A DNA stretch of 62,694 nucleotides, the filler included, from a bacterium (lineage in GTDB: Bacteria; UBP15; UBA6099; JAJRTR01): NCBI GenBank assembly GCA_024278215.1. It is 6 parts of 6 records of this genome, joined end to end, with 100 filler letters (N's around TTAATTAATTAA, not from the genome) between each part and the next. Parts side by side here need not be neighbours in the genome. Positions count along the whole stretch, not along the records: positions 16,874 to 28,006 come from JAJRTR010000040.1; positions 28,107 to 45,044 come from JAJRTR010000041.1; 4 more parts are not named here. One strand, written 5' to 3'. Of the stretch, positions 18,992-28,668 are shown piece after piece (position 1 is the first letter of the stretch; every line of letters starts with the position of its first letter). The notes beneath the pieces are model-generated. The model saw only the letters and a list, made by a program, of their open reading frames with translations. It had not been told where the DNA came from and searched no databases. Made by a program: the position numbers and the translations under genes.

Positions 18992-19020
18992 ATTATAAGC
19001 ACTTAGTGTTATAATGTCAA
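18992..19020 (-). promoter_or_regulatory. Consensus sigma70/sigmaA promoter of hsp20 with a palindromic spacer
   Basis: Minus strand reads TTGACA-N17-TATAAT exactly. Confidence 0.85.
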
Positions 19021-19405
19021 GTATTCTCAGAAAAAAACATAAGAAATATCTATTAACAATATATGTGGCGTAAAATACCTTTATCTATGCGTCTTTTTAA
19101 TTGAAAAGTATTCCTCGGAATTTACTATTTGAAAGCCACCGACAAGGTCGGTGGATGGAACGAGCTGAAGGATCGACTGACTTCGAGGTTAAGATAAACC
19201 ATGTGTGCCGTGCTCAAACCGCTTTTGTTTGGGCACGACCATCAGTACTGATATAACTGTAGATCATGTCAGGATCGTATGAGGTTATTGCAATCGGCTC
19301 GTAGTAGAACAGACTTCTGATAGCGGCTCGTATATGTAAATAATAGATGTCGCACCCTCTTGCTATAATCAGGATTAATCTTGAATTCGATGGAGGTATA
19401 ACAAG

Positions 19406-19687
19406 ATGTTCGGACCGATAGGACCAGCGGAATCATGGACTCTCATTGTTTGTGTATTAATTATGTCTGTTGCAATCACAAAACTGATCTATTGGATAAT
19501 ACTGATATTATCGGAAGTGACGGGGGGAAAGAGGCTGCACAAGGAAATGATATGTCCGACAGGTGAAATATGCGGGATAAAGAAACGGACGCTGCCGCCG
19601 AAGACTGTAAGAAAGAGCTTGTATGTTGAGCGAGGGTGTACCGGTGGTTGCGTTTCGGCGGTGCGGAGTTGCAACGGAAATGACTGA
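19406..19687 (+). CDS. Small single-TM hypothetical protein
   Basis: GGAGG RBS and an N-terminal hydrophobic stretch. The C-terminal half runs through a family C palindrome. Confidence 0.45.
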   Translation: MFGPIGPAESWTLIVCVLIMSVAITKLIYWIILILSEVTGGKRLHKEMICPTGEICGIKKRTLPPKTVRKSLYVERGCTGGCVSAVRSCNGND

Positions 19688-19697
19688 AATGTGCGGT

Positions 19698-19762
19698 TAA
19701 CCGTTTACGGTATATACAAAAAGAGGAGATCGAATTCCATTTCTCAATACCGTAAACGGTTA
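19698..19762. repeat. 16-bp perfect inverted repeat TAACCGTTTACGGTAT...ATACCGTAAACGGTTA
   Basis: Lies between convergent genes. The ACCGTTTAC/GTAAACGGT core recurs at 52001-52089. Confidence 0.75.
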
Positions 19763-19777
19763 CAAATTGGTAATTTA

Positions 19778-21481
19778 TTACAGAAATTTGCGTTCTTCGT
19801 AAGTGCCGAAGATGTCTTTGAGTCCCTGCACGATTTCGCCGAGCGTGGCGTGCGACTCGATGCAGTTGATGAAGTGCGGCACGAGGTTTTCCCTGTCCGA
19901 AGTGGCGGCTTTTTTCATTTCTTCGAGTGCGTTGTTTGCCGCGGCCCTGTTGCGTTTCTGTTTGAATCTCCTCACGCGCTCGACCTGTTCGTCTTCGGTT
20001 TTCTGCTCGATCTTCAGGAGTTCAATATCCGGCTCGATACCCTGGTTGAATACGTTTACTCCGACGAGGTACTTCGTCTTCTCCTCGAGTTCTTTCTGGT
20101 AGCGATATGAAGCCTCGGCTATTTCTTTCTGGAAGAATGCGTTGTCCAGCGCCTTGAGCACGCCGCCCATTTTCTCCACACGAGCCTGGTAGTCGTAGAA
20201 TGCCTGTTCCATATTATTTGTGAGCGCTTCGACATAGTAGGAACCGGCGAGCGGGTCGACAGTGTCAGTGACTTCCGTTTCATAGGCGATTATCTGCTGG
20301 GTGCGGATAGCGATCTGTGCAGCTTTTTCAGAGGGGAGCGCGAGCACTTCGTCCATCGAGTTCGTGTGCAGCGATTGCGTGCCGCCCAGCACGGCGGCCA
20401 TGCCTTCAAAAGCCGTTCGGACAATATTGTTTTCCGGCTCTTCGGCAGTGAGCGAAACGCCTGCGGTCTGCGTGTGGAACCGCAACATCATCGAGCGCGG
20501 ATTCTGCGGATTGTACTGCTTTTTCATCTCGCGGGCCCATATCCGGCGTGCCGCGCGGAACTTCGCTATCTCCTCGAAAAAGTCGATATGCGAATCGAAA
20601 AAGAACGACAACCGCGGCGCGAAATCATCGACATCCAGACCCGCCTCGACTCCGCGCTGGACATAGAACAGCCCGTTCAGAAGTGTGAAGGCCAGTTCCT
20701 GTTGCGCGGTCGAGCCCGCCTCGCGTATGTGGTAGCCGCTGATGCTGATGGTGTTCCATCGCGGCACGTTTTCCGCGCAGAACGCGAATACGTCGGTGAT
20801 GATCCGCAACGAGGGTTCGGGCGCGTAAATCCAGGAATTCTGAGCCTGGTATTCTTTAAGGATGTCGTTTTGTATAGTGCCGCCGATTTTGTCGAGTGAC
20901 ACGCCTTGCTTTTTGGCAACAGCTATATACAGCGAAAGCATGATCGCCGCCGGACCGTTGATCGTCATCGAGGTAGTCACCCTGTCGAGCGGTATCTCAT
21001 CGAACAGATTTTCCATGTCCTCGAGTGTGCAGATCGCCACACCGCAACGCCCCACTTCTCCGATGGACATCTCGTGGTCCGAGTCGTAACCCATGAGCGT
21101 GGGCATATCGAATGCCGTGCTGAGCCCGGTGCCACCCTGCGACAGCAGGAACTTGAATCTTTCGTTCGTCTGTATCGCGGTGCCGAACCCCGAGAACATC
21201 CGCATCGTCCATATCCGGCGGCGGTACATCTGTTCGTGTATCCCGCGCGTGTATGGGTAGCTGCCCGGCGCTCCGAGGTCCGACGCCGGATCAAAACCGG
21301 CTATATCTTCAGGGGCGTAGAGAGGGTTGACCGGTCTGCCCGATAATGAAGTGAACTCTGTGCGTTCAATTATTTCAGGCTTGTTGGAACTGTTGGATTT
21401 ATTGATGTCAGCCGATGCCGTCTCAGGGGACCGATGCGGGACAGCACATCCGGTTGCCTGATTATTGTTTGTCTCTTTCAT
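19778..21481 (-). CDS. Acyl-CoA mutase large (substrate-binding) subunit, isobutyryl-CoA mutase-like
   Basis: PYTRG, WTMRMFSGFG, GLSTAFD, GTIQNDILKEYQAQ, ISGYHIREAG, SLHTNSMDE; no B12 domain. Start moved to MKETNN. Confidence 0.9.
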   Translation of the reverse strand: MKETNNNQATGCAVPHRSPETASADINKSNSSNKPEIIERTEFTSLSGRPVNPLYAPEDIAGFDPASDLGAPGSYPYTRGIHEQMYRRRIWTMRMFSGFGTAIQTNERFKFLLSQGGTGLSTAFDMPTLMGYDSDHEMSIGEVGRCGVAICTLEDMENLFDEIPLDRVTTSMTINGPAAIMLSLYIAVAKKQGVSLDKIGGTIQNDILKEYQAQNSWIYAPEPSLRIITDVFAFCAENVPRWNTISISGYHIREAGSTAQQELAFTLLNGLFYVQRGVEAGLDVDDFAPRLSFFFDSHIDFFEEIAKFRAARRIWAREMKKQYNPQNPRSMMLRFHTQTAGVSLTAEEPENNIVRTAFEGMAAVLGGTQSLHTNSMDEVLALPSEKAAQIAIRTQQIIAYETEVTDTVDPLAGSYYVEALTNNMEQAFYDYQARVEKMGGVLKALDNAFFQKEIAEASYRYQKELEEKTKYLVGVNVFNQGIEPDIELLKIEQKTEDEQVERVRRFKQKRNRAAANNALEEMKKAATSDRENLVPHFINCIESHATLGEIVQGLKDIFGTYEERKFL

Positions 21482-22442
21482 AGGAACTTTCCTTGAAAAG
21501 AATTTTAAATATTTCCGAAGAAGCAGAGTAGGGGTCGGTCTCTCCGCGTTCCACTTTATCGGCCCGTGCTTTTGTACGCGGGATCGTGTCCACGAGCCCG
21601 TCGCGCATAAGCCGCCGGAACTGAAACTGCAATGCCTCGTCGAGGTCCGCGCGCGGATCGTGATAGTTTTCCAGGCGGCCCGTATCATTCAAATAATTGT
21701 AATGTCTCTTAACTTCTTCCCAGATATCATCCGTGCCTTTATTGTCGCGCGCGACACATTTAATCACGGGTATCTGCCATCCGTCGCGTGGATGTCCGAA
21801 AGCGAATAGTAGCGTTTCAGCAATTTCGTCGGCCCCGTCGCGGTCTGCTTTATTCACAATCACTGCGTCGGCAAGCTCGAGTATCCCTGACTTAAGAATT
21901 TGTATCGTGTCGCCCGACTCGGGCACAAGGACCAGGAGCAGCGTTTCGGCGATATTCCTTATGTCGTATCCCACCTGGCCGAGTCCGACGGTCTCGATCA
22001 GAATGACATCCGCGCCGAAGGCCTCAAGAAGCAGCGTATGATATTTTGTCGCTTCGGCCAGTCCGCCGAGGCTCTGCCCGGATGCGACGCTTCGAATGAA
22101 AACGTCCTTCAGGTTATAAGTGCCGCTGAGCCGGATTCTGTCGCCGAGCAGCGCGCCGCCCGTGATGGGTGATGTCGGGTCGATGCACAGGACACCGACG
22201 CGGAGTTCGAGTTCGTGCGCTTTCCTTATGAGGTTGCCCAGCAGCGTACTTTTCCCGGCGCCGGGAGGCCCGGCCAGGCCGATGCGGCGCGCCGGTTTTA
22301 TTCTCGGATAAACGTCCTTCATTATTTCCGCCACAGCATCCGGGTCCCGCTCGACAACAGACATCAGCCTCGAGAGCGCCCTGACATTTCCTTCGAGCAT
22401 TCTCTTTACCAACTCTTTGTTTGCCAATACGTCTGCCGACAT
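21462..22442 (-). CDS. meaB: Mutase-associated GTPase MeaB/ArgK
   Basis: GPPGAGKST, DPTSPITGGALLGDRIR, IETVG, VNKAD. Confidence 0.93.
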   Translation of the reverse strand: MSADVLANKELVKRMLEGNVRALSRLMSVVERDPDAVAEIMKDVYPRIKPARRIGLAGPPGAGKSTLLGNLIRKAHELELRVGVLCIDPTSPITGGALLGDRIRLSGTYNLKDVFIRSVASGQSLGGLAEATKYHTLLLEAFGADVILIETVGLGQVGYDIRNIAETLLLVLVPESGDTIQILKSGILELADAVIVNKADRDGADEIAETLLFAFGHPRDGWQIPVIKCVARDNKGTDDIWEEVKRHYNYLNDTGRLENYHDPRADLDEALQFQFRRLMRDGLVDTIPRTKARADKVERGETDPYSASSEIFKILFKESSYERDKQ

Positions 22443-22907
22443 TTATTGCATTTTCTCGATTCCATATATAAGTCTTAAATTCATTACAAATATCAGGAGA
22501 CTATTATATCTCAATTCAGAAATGATTACAAAAACAGATGATGAAAATACGTGGAATTCGTGGAGTTGCAAAAATGTTAAATCTGAATTTGAAAGATGGA
22601 AAGGCGGCAGATTTAGACAATATAAGACAAAATAATAAGCAGAAAAGTGGAAAAATTATGTAAAAAATGAGAAAAACCATTGATTTCAGTAAAAATATTT
22701 TTAAAAAGGGGTTTTCAAGAAAAGAAATAGAAGTTAAAATAAGTCAGCGTAGTTACATATAGGTAATTTAAATTCTTTAATAAAACAAAGATAAGATGAG
22801 TAAACACAATCGACTATACCTGCGTATATGCAACGCATTGCCACACTAAATAATGCAAAGGTTTTGGGAAACCAAAATCAAAATAAAATATTTACGGAGG
22901 TTGCCAG

Positions 22908-23267
22908 ATGAACAAAGCAGAACTCGTAGAAGCCATCGCGAAAGAAACAGGTGCGAGTAAGGCAAAGGTCGAGGCGGGACTCAAAGCCGCCATAGCAGTT
23001 ATTACTAAACAACTGTCCAAAAGAGACGGTTCGGGAACAGTGCAACTGATCGGTTTCGGCACATTCTCGGTCAAGAAACGTAGTGCACGCAAGGGGATCA
23101 ACCCTGCCACCGGCGAAAAGATCAGGATCAAAGCCAAAAAGGTTCCGGTCTTCAAGGCGGGCGCATCGCTCAAAGATGCTGTAGCGGGCAAAAAGAAAGC
23201 TGCTGCGAAACCGGCTCCGGCCAAGAAAAAAGCCAAGAAAAAAGCCGCAAAAAAGAAAAAGAAATAA
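22908..23267 (+). CDS. hup: HU family DNA-binding protein with Lys/Ala-rich tail
   Basis: MNKAELVEAIA, GFGTF, RKGINPATGE, PVFKAG, tail KKKAAAKPAPAKKK; GGAGG RBS. Confidence 0.95.
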   Translation: MNKAELVEAIAKETGASKAKVEAGLKAAIAVITKQLSKRDGSGTVQLIGFGTFSVKKRSARKGINPATGEKIRIKAKKVPVFKAGASLKDAVAGKKKAAAKPAPAKKKAKKKAAKKKKK

Positions 23268-23519
23268 GTAACCGGCGGTTTAAGCAACTTTTTTCAGCAC
23301 TATATAGTTGAGTAGTTATTTTATCAGATACTGTCCGATGGCGGGTTTGTTGTGCTGTAAACTGCGTGTCCAACGGCAGGTCAGGTGTGTTTTTAGTGAC
23401 TACTGATTCAGTCTATGTTGAGCTGATGTAGATGGTGATCCGATAGTTGATGTACCGGTACTGATGTATACCTTATATGGGTATGTGTTGGTATTGTGGT
23501 ACTTGAAAATATACGAAAC

Positions 23520-23554
23520 AAATGCGCGTCTGGATAGCGGATGCGCATTTTTTT
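23520..23554 (+). terminator. Rho-independent terminator about 250 nt downstream of HU
   Basis: AAATGCGCGTCT...GGATGCGCATTT stem followed by a T run. Confidence 0.75.
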
Positions 23555-23681
23555 ATAACTACATGTGTAGTTCCGGCAGGAGCTGGTTTTCGTTCAGGCG
23601 CTGTTTATTATATAATTTACATGGCGTTATTATCATGTTTATTCGCGACAAGTGCGATCTGATATGAGGGAGCATATATTC

Positions 23682-26600
23682 ATGATCAAATTTGAAAAGA
23701 CAGTCATTATAACATTTATATTTATGGTGGCAGTTTCATGCAGTGCGTGTGCGATGAACACAAAGCTGAATGATGCCGTACTGCAAATGAAAAAACTCGT
23801 CTTTCAGCCGCTTGAAAAATGGCAGATGTCGTCGAAAGTGACAAAAGAGGAAGCCCTGGATGTCAAGACGAGCCGAAAACGATTTCGCAAAGTCGGCATC
23901 GGCTACTTCTGGGCGGACGCGCAAACGATATGGCTGCGCACGCGCTATGTCGTGCCGGAGAAACTGCTCAACATGCCGGTTGCAGGAACAAAAATCGCTA
24001 TGTCGGCCAATATCGAGGACTATGGCGAGATATATGTGAATGGTGAACTCAAGCAGATATTTCGAAGATCGACAGGATATATTGTGCTCACGGAAAACGC
24101 GAAGCCCGGTACGAAATATTACATCGTTATCATGGCGCGCAGAAAGAGCAACGACTCGGGCCTCATTCGCGATATAAGCCTCGAATATGAAATGTTGCAC
24201 GATCTTGAATTACGCACCATCGGCTATACCGAATCTTTCGATGCGCTCGCGACACTTTTTGATCTTACGGGGCAGAACCCCGAAGACTGGCGCGCCACTC
24301 TCGACGAGGCCGGCGGCGCTATAGACATAGACGCTCTGAAAAACGGCGAGATAGATAAGTTCTACACGTCACTTGATGTGTCGGACCGCATACTTGAACC
24401 CCTCTCGAGGATATTTAAGCAATACACCATGCTGCTGATGGCATACTCGCATATCGACGCTGCCTGGATGTGGGATAAGTACGAAGCCGAGAATGTGATT
24501 GTTAAGGGCACGAGCGAGAAAGTGCTGCAACTCGAAAAGGATTTCCCCGGTTTTATCTACGTTATGAACCAGATGCACTGCTACCGATGGATGGAGCGGG
24601 ATTATCCGGAACTGTTCGAGCGGATAAAGGACGCGATCAGGCGTGGCGTGTGGGAGCCGATGGGGGCCGAGTGGGTCGAGCCCGACGGCAACCTGCCAAG
24701 CGGTGAAAGCTATGTGCGGCAGTTCTTTTATGGCCGCAAATATTCACAGGAAAAATTGGGTTATGTCAGTTCGGTCGGCCTTACTCCCGATTCTTTCGGC
24801 TACAACTGGAACCTGCCGCAGATACTCGCGAAAAGTGACATGCGCGGCTTCATCACGCAGAAAATAAGCTGGAACGACACGACGGTTTTTCCGTACAATC
24901 TTTTCTGGTGGGAGGCGCCGGACGGCACGCGCCTGCTGACTGTTTTTCCGCAGGGTACATACTCTGAGACGGTCGACGGCAACACGATGGCCGATCAGTT
25001 GCGCCGGATAAATAAGAAACACGGCGTGAAAAGCAACCTTGTCATCTGGGGTATCGGCGACCACGGCGGCGGCATCCCGCGCAACTATGCCAAACGCGCA
25101 TTCGGACTCAAAGAGTCGCCGATCTATCCGAAAATCGAGTTTGTCAACGGCGAGATGCTCTATGACAGGCTGCTCGAAAAATCAAAGGAACTCGATTTCC
25201 CTGTTGTCGACGATGAACTCTATCTCGAATACCACAGAGGCACATATACAACACAGGCCGAGACGAAAAACAATAACAGGCGTAACGAACACTGCCTGAT
25301 GAACGCCGAACGTTTTTCGTCTATCGTATCTATCGAGAGCGGCGAGGTTTACCCGACTGGAAAAATAGAAGAAGCGTGGAAGATGCTGCTCTTCAATCAA
25401 TTCCATGACATACTGCCCGGCTCGTCGATCCCGAAGGTATATGACGACGCTGATATTGATCATGCGTTTGTCGCCAGAGAATGCGGCGATGCGCGCCGGG
25501 CCGCTATGTCGCGGATCGCAGATTGGGCGCTTACTATCAGCGATGGCGAGCCGCTGGTTCTCTTCAACGGCCTGTCGTGGTCGCGTGCAGGGCTTGTCGA
25601 AGTCGAGGTGGACGAAGGGCTCCCGGAAATCTCGATTTTCAACGAGCTGAGAGAGGAAGTGCCGGTGCAGATAGTGCGGGACGAGGACGGCACGCGCAAA
25701 GTGTTGTTTGTTGCGCGAAGCGTGCCTGCCATGGGCTATGCCGTGTATACGATGAAGCGCGGCAAGCGGCCCGAAGGTTACGCCCGTCCGCTCAGTGTCG
25801 ACGGCACGACGATGGAAAATGAATACTACAAAGTAGTTGTGGACCCTGCGACCGGCTGGGTATCGAGCATATACGACAAAAAGAACAACGTAGAGGTGGT
25901 CGAGCCGGGCGGGGCAGCGTTCGAGTTGCAGGCACGCCATGAAGTGCCGAAGTCGAATGCGTGGGACATGTGGTTCCCCAAAGACGGCGGACATATAGAG
26001 ATGCCGCCGCCGTCGAAAATCGAAATCGTCGAGGAAGGCCCGGTGAGAGTCACTATCAGGGTCACAAGGCCGTTCGGCGAGCAGGACGAATTCCGGCAAT
26101 ATTATTCTCTCGTCGAGGGTGTGCCGATAATATACGGAAAGCTCGATGCGGACTGGCAGGACAGAAACATATTTCTGAAATCCGCCTTCCACCTCAACCT
26201 CGACGCGGACTATGCAACCTATGAAATTCCTTATGCGGCGATTAAGCGAACAACGAAGCCGAAGACGCCCGCCGAGAAAGCGAAGTGGGAAGTCAGCGGC
26301 CATCGCTGGGTCGATTACACAGATAAAGAAAAGAACTACGGTGTCACACTTCTGAGCTACAACAAGTATGGTTACGACACGAAAGGAAACGTGATGAGGA
26401 TGACGATGCTGAGGTCGCCGGGCAACCCCGACCCGGACGCCGACAGGGGCACGCACAGCATACCATACGCGCTCTATCCGCACACCGGCGACTGGCCGGA
26501 TGCCGAAAGTCAACTCAGGGGCCGCGAGTACAACGATCCCATTATGGTCGTCCGGACGGGCACACGCGCGGGCCGGCTCGGCCTGCGCCACAGTTTCTTT

Positions 26601-26852
26601 TCAGTGAATCCTCCCAGCGTAGTCGTGACCACTATTAAAAAAGCCGACTATGGCGAAGGGTTCATCGTAAGGCTTGTCGAGACAGCCGGCAAAGACACAA
26701 CTGCTGTACTGAACCTGCCGGATGAACCGAAGAAGATTGTCGAGACGAATCTCGTCGAACGCGACTTGGGCGAACTGGCCGGGCTCGACGGCGACAGGAT
26801 AAAGATTCCCATAGGGCATTACGAAATCAAATCTTTGCGCGTCATATATTGA
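23682..26852 (+). CDS. Secreted glycoside hydrolase family 38 (alpha-mannosidase)
   Basis: Signal peptide, N-terminal beta-sandwich, SHIDAAWMW, PDSFG nucleophile motif, GDHGGG, ELYLEYHRGTYT, QFHDILPGS. Confidence 0.93.
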   Translation: MIKFEKTVIITFIFMVAVSCSACAMNTKLNDAVLQMKKLVFQPLEKWQMSSKVTKEEALDVKTSRKRFRKVGIGYFWADAQTIWLRTRYVVPEKLLNMPVAGTKIAMSANIEDYGEIYVNGELKQIFRRSTGYIVLTENAKPGTKYYIVIMARRKSNDSGLIRDISLEYEMLHDLELRTIGYTESFDALATLFDLTGQNPEDWRATLDEAGGAIDIDALKNGEIDKFYTSLDVSDRILEPLSRIFKQYTMLLMAYSHIDAAWMWDKYEAENVIVKGTSEKVLQLEKDFPGFIYVMNQMHCYRWMERDYPELFERIKDAIRRGVWEPMGAEWVEPDGNLPSGESYVRQFFYGRKYSQEKLGYVSSVGLTPDSFGYNWNLPQILAKSDMRGFITQKISWNDTTVFPYNLFWWEAPDGTRLLTVFPQGTYSETVDGNTMADQLRRINKKHGVKSNLVIWGIGDHGGGIPRNYAKRAFGLKESPIYPKIEFVNGEMLYDRLLEKSKELDFPVVDDELYLEYHRGTYTTQAETKNNNRRNEHCLMNAERFSSIVSIESGEVYPTGKIEEAWKMLLFNQFHDILPGSSIPKVYDDADIDHAFVARECGDARRAAMSRIADWALTISDGEPLVLFNGLSWSRAGLVEVEVDEGLPEISIFNELREEVPVQIVRDEDGTRKVLFVARSVPAMGYAVYTMKRGKRPEGYARPLSVDGTTMENEYYKVVVDPATGWVSSIYDKKNNVEVVEPGGAAFELQARHEVPKSNAWDMWFPKDGGHIEMPPPSKIEIVEEGPVRVTIRVTRPFGEQDEFRQYYSLVEGVPIIYGKLDADWQDRNIFLKSAFHLNLDADYATYEIPYAAIKRTTKPKTPAEKAKWEVSGHRWVDYTDKEKNYGVTLLSYNKYGYDTKGNVMRMTMLRSPGNPDPDADRGTHSIPYALYPHTGDWPDAESQLRGREYNDPIMVVRTGTRAGRLGLRHSFFSVNPPSVVVTTIKKADYGEGFIVRLVETAGKDTTAVLNLPDEPKKIVETNLVERDLGELAGLDGDRIKIPIGHYEIKSLRVIY

Positions 26853-27305
26853 TTCGTGTATGAAAAGTCGCAATAAATATTTTCACGATGAACTTTCGAG
26901 AACAATAGCACAGGATTCGGGATACGATAACGAACGATAGAATAAGCAATGATAAAGGTGTGCAAAGATACGATTTGACAGGGCGCATAAATCGGTGCAG
27001 ACTGAGATATAGATAAATAGATGATCTTCTGAATCAAAATTATTACGAGGAAAAAATGGACAAGGTAAATGTTCAAAAATACGCTGCCGCCATGGACTGG
27101 GCCGACTGAGAATCCGGGGGCAACCCCGTATAGAACCGGCTATATACCTGAAAACAACAGACTGCAACATAAAGCGCTACCTGACAGTATGCACTGAAAA
27201 AAGCAGGCGACACACCGGAAGCAGCGCCGGCAACCATCTGAGGGCCGAAAACACAACTATTTGGAGAAAAACGAGAAAAATAACAGTTTTGAAAACTATC
27301 AGTCG

Positions 27306-27956
27306 TCAGAGTTCGAGGACTGTGCAGACTTTATTTTTCAGCCATTTAATAAACTGCCCGTCGGCTCTCCTGTTGTCGGCAGGCTGTATCTGTTTCCGGA
27401 ACGGGAAGTCATCAATCAAATCGAAATTGAACATAACTTCATATAAAAGATCTCGCGTTTCATCATCAGTTTTCTTCATGCAGGCGGTCGCGACTCCCGG
27501 CATGAAAGATATCAGCGGATAGTATGAGCTGTACATATTTATCACCAGCCAGCCCATAACGGAATATCGTTTTTCCTCTTTTAATCCGGGACACATTTCT
27601 TTGTCGGGTGTAAGTGCATAAGCAGGGACGCGATCCGAGTTGTAATATTGCATCACGGGGAAGAACCTGCAAGCGGCGGGCCTGAAATGATGTATCGAAC
27701 ACAGGTTGCTTTCCAGAAACACACACCTTTTCCTGTTCAACTTCAACAGGCATATCGGGTATGTGCCGTACTCGAATCTTTTTTCGTAAATAATGTATTT
27801 CCCGTTTATTTCATCGGTTGTAATATTAAGGTTGTTACGCAGGTTCCAGACATCGAGGGGATTGAGAAAAATCTCGAGCCCGCTCTTGCAGCATGTGCCG
27901 CAACATTTGCATGAAAACCGGATTATATCATCTTCGTTAAGTTTGTCGTTGTACAT
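27306..27956 (-). CDS. YkgJ / CxxCxxCC cysteine-cluster protein
   Basis: FSCKCCGTCC, CVFL, CSIHHFRPAACRFFP, CPG. Confidence 0.9.
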   Translation of the reverse strand: MYNDKLNEDDIIRFSCKCCGTCCKSGLEIFLNPLDVWNLRNNLNITTDEINGKYIIYEKRFEYGTYPICLLKLNRKRCVFLESNLCSIHHFRPAACRFFPVMQYYNSDRVPAYALTPDKEMCPGLKEEKRYSVMGWLVINMYSSYYPLISFMPGVATACMKKTDDETRDLLYEVMFNFDLIDDFPFRKQIQPADNRRADGQFIKWLKNKVCTVLEL

Positions 27957-28107
27957 TCAATCCCGCGAAGCAATCTATTTGCGCCAATCAGTTCGATTTA
28001 CAGAAANNNNNNNNNNNNNNNNNNNNNNNNNNNNNNNNNNNNNNNNNNNNTTAATTAATTAANNNNNNNNNNNNNNNNNNNNNNNNNNNNNNNNNNNNNN
28101 NNNNNNA

Positions 28108-28638
28108 CTTGGAGTAACAGGGGCCATCACAGGATCGAGCACAGTACAGGGAACACGGTTAATCTCAACCGTAGCAATCGGCACTGCGCCATTGACCGTC
28201 ACATCCACCACGAAGGTAACCAACCTGAACGCCGACATGACGGACGGCTACCACGTCAGCACGACGGCCAACGCCGCCAACACAATCCCGGTTCGCAATG
28301 CGAGCGGTTATTTGTACCTAGGCTGGATCAACACGATTAGCGGCTCGACCACCTCCGCGATTTCACGTATTTATGCGTCGAATGACGCCTTTATAAGATA
28401 TTACACGCCTGCCAACTTCGTAACGGCGATGGAGCCATACATGGGGTGCAAGAAAGTTTCGTACGGCGCGGCGCTTACCGGAACAGCTTCCGACCTGTCG
28501 TGCGGAGCGGGTTTTTGCATTATGGGCATAGTAAACGACACAAACAACTATGTTATGGCGGGGGCCAGTTACTCGACAGACGGAGTCAGCCAGTTCACTG
28601 ATGCCAGTATTCTTTGTTGTAAATGCAACTATCCATGA
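28108..28638 (+). CDS. C-terminal fragment of a fibre/adhesin-like protein
   Basis: Frame open from the gap. GTAPLTVTSTTKVTNLNADMTDG and GWINTISG...SRIYASNDAFIRYYTPANF resemble phage tail-fibre segments; Cys-rich tip. Confidence 0.65.
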   Translation, partial: LGVTGAITGSSTVQGTRLISTVAIGTAPLTVTSTTKVTNLNADMTDGYHVSTTANAANTIPVRNASGYLYLGWINTISGSTTSAISRIYASNDAFIRYYTPANFVTAMEPYMGCKKVSYGAALTGTASDLSCGAGFCIMGIVNDTNNYVMAGASYSTDGVSQFTDASILCCKCNYP

Positions 28639-28668
28639 TCCGGCCCTGATTTGGCTTCATTGCATCAA

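Noticed and set aside
21462-21688. Mutase frame open 207 nt into meaB, suggesting an IcmF-like frameshift fusion
   Set aside because: The extension has no mutase similarity, an ATG with a purine-rich upstream sequence exists at 21481, and I saw no clear slippery site. A simple 20-nt overlap is more likely.
25182-26591. Long antisense ORFs (also 3709-4719, 31117-32169, 38404-39786, 43889-44869)
   Set aside because: Shadows of well-supported genes on the opposite strand, with no recognisable motifs.
26853-27305. Short ORFs and small hairpins between the GH38 and YkgJ genes, as a possible precursor peptide or sRNA
   Set aside because: No recognisable motif, repeat or terminator; cannot be supported from sequence alone.
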